Assembly (NCBI GenBank): GCA_038062895.1
Contig: JBBTWJ010000014.1
Span: 4,036 to 68,035, forward strand
From: Patescibacteria group bacterium
GTDB lineage: Bacteria > Patescibacteriota > Microgenomatia > UBA10105 > UBA927
DNA length: 64,000 nt
Direction: 5' to 3'
The translations under genes and the position numbers were made by a program. The notes beneath the pieces are model-generated. The model was not told the DNA's origin. It saw nothing but the letters and a program-made list of their open reading frames with translations, and did not search any database. Below are positions 63,915 through 64,000 of the stretch, piece by piece (position 1 is the stretch's first letter; each line of letters begins with the position of its first letter).

Positions 63915-64000
63915 TATGCTAATATTATATGTTATGTCCGACACCCTCCTCAATGACTTAAACTCCGAACAACAAAAGGCGGTTTTACAGACGGATGGTC

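Overview
The window is 64 kb from a small-genome bacterium at about 50% GC. A conserved housekeeping backbone runs mostly on the minus strand: thymidine/AMP-phosphorylase-like deoA, sortase, alaS, kbl-like, rodZ-ftsK-rnj, Lon-like ATPase, pnp-rpsO, nrnA-like, infB-nusA, the hrcA-grpE-dnaK-dnaJ operon with a CIRCE operator, murJ, rpsT, an LCP protein and tpiA. The reduced IF2, extended S15 and many sortase/cohesin/PT-linker surface proteins suggest a Patescibacteria (CPR)-like organism (inference only). Non-backbone regions follow, in window order.
(1) 1-3.5 kb: an AT-rich island of about 30% GC. It holds a partial N6-adenine DNA methyltransferase, a LexA-type S24 repressor and a divergent DUF2188 / SEC-C-motif / unknown-protein operon.
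(2) 3.5-7.6 kb: a phage-like regulatory cluster with a Bro-N/DinD-like protein, a KilA-N protein, a Fic enzyme and a wHTH protein. A promoter-like 20-bp motif (GGGGAGTATAATTTGAGC) occurs three times there.
(3) A 36-aa, 10-Cys metallothionein-like small ORF absent from the ORF track, preceded by a perfect palindrome.
(4) A MITE-like intergenic repeat family (TIR core CTAAATCCTAAA / TTTAGGATTTAG) at three operon junctions. One copy carries a four-helix-bundle (rRNA-IVS-type) gene and sits where the Lon protease domain is missing.
(5) A second repeat family of about 135-nt structured elements with about 20-bp terminal inverted repeats (TATGCCAGGTAGTGAA...TCGAATTTCTACTACCTGGTATG). The right arm ends exactly in the ATG of the downstream gene: infB and three surface-protein genes.
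(6) A tRNA-Ser-associated islet with vapBC, an IS1-like transposase and a P63C-like gene.
(7) 54-62 kb: a pilN/pilO-linked cluster of paralogous secreted/surface proteins. It contains a 941-bp perfect direct duplication and possible IPV[SA]G sorting signals.
No CRISPR array and no rRNA gene were found. One tRNA was found.
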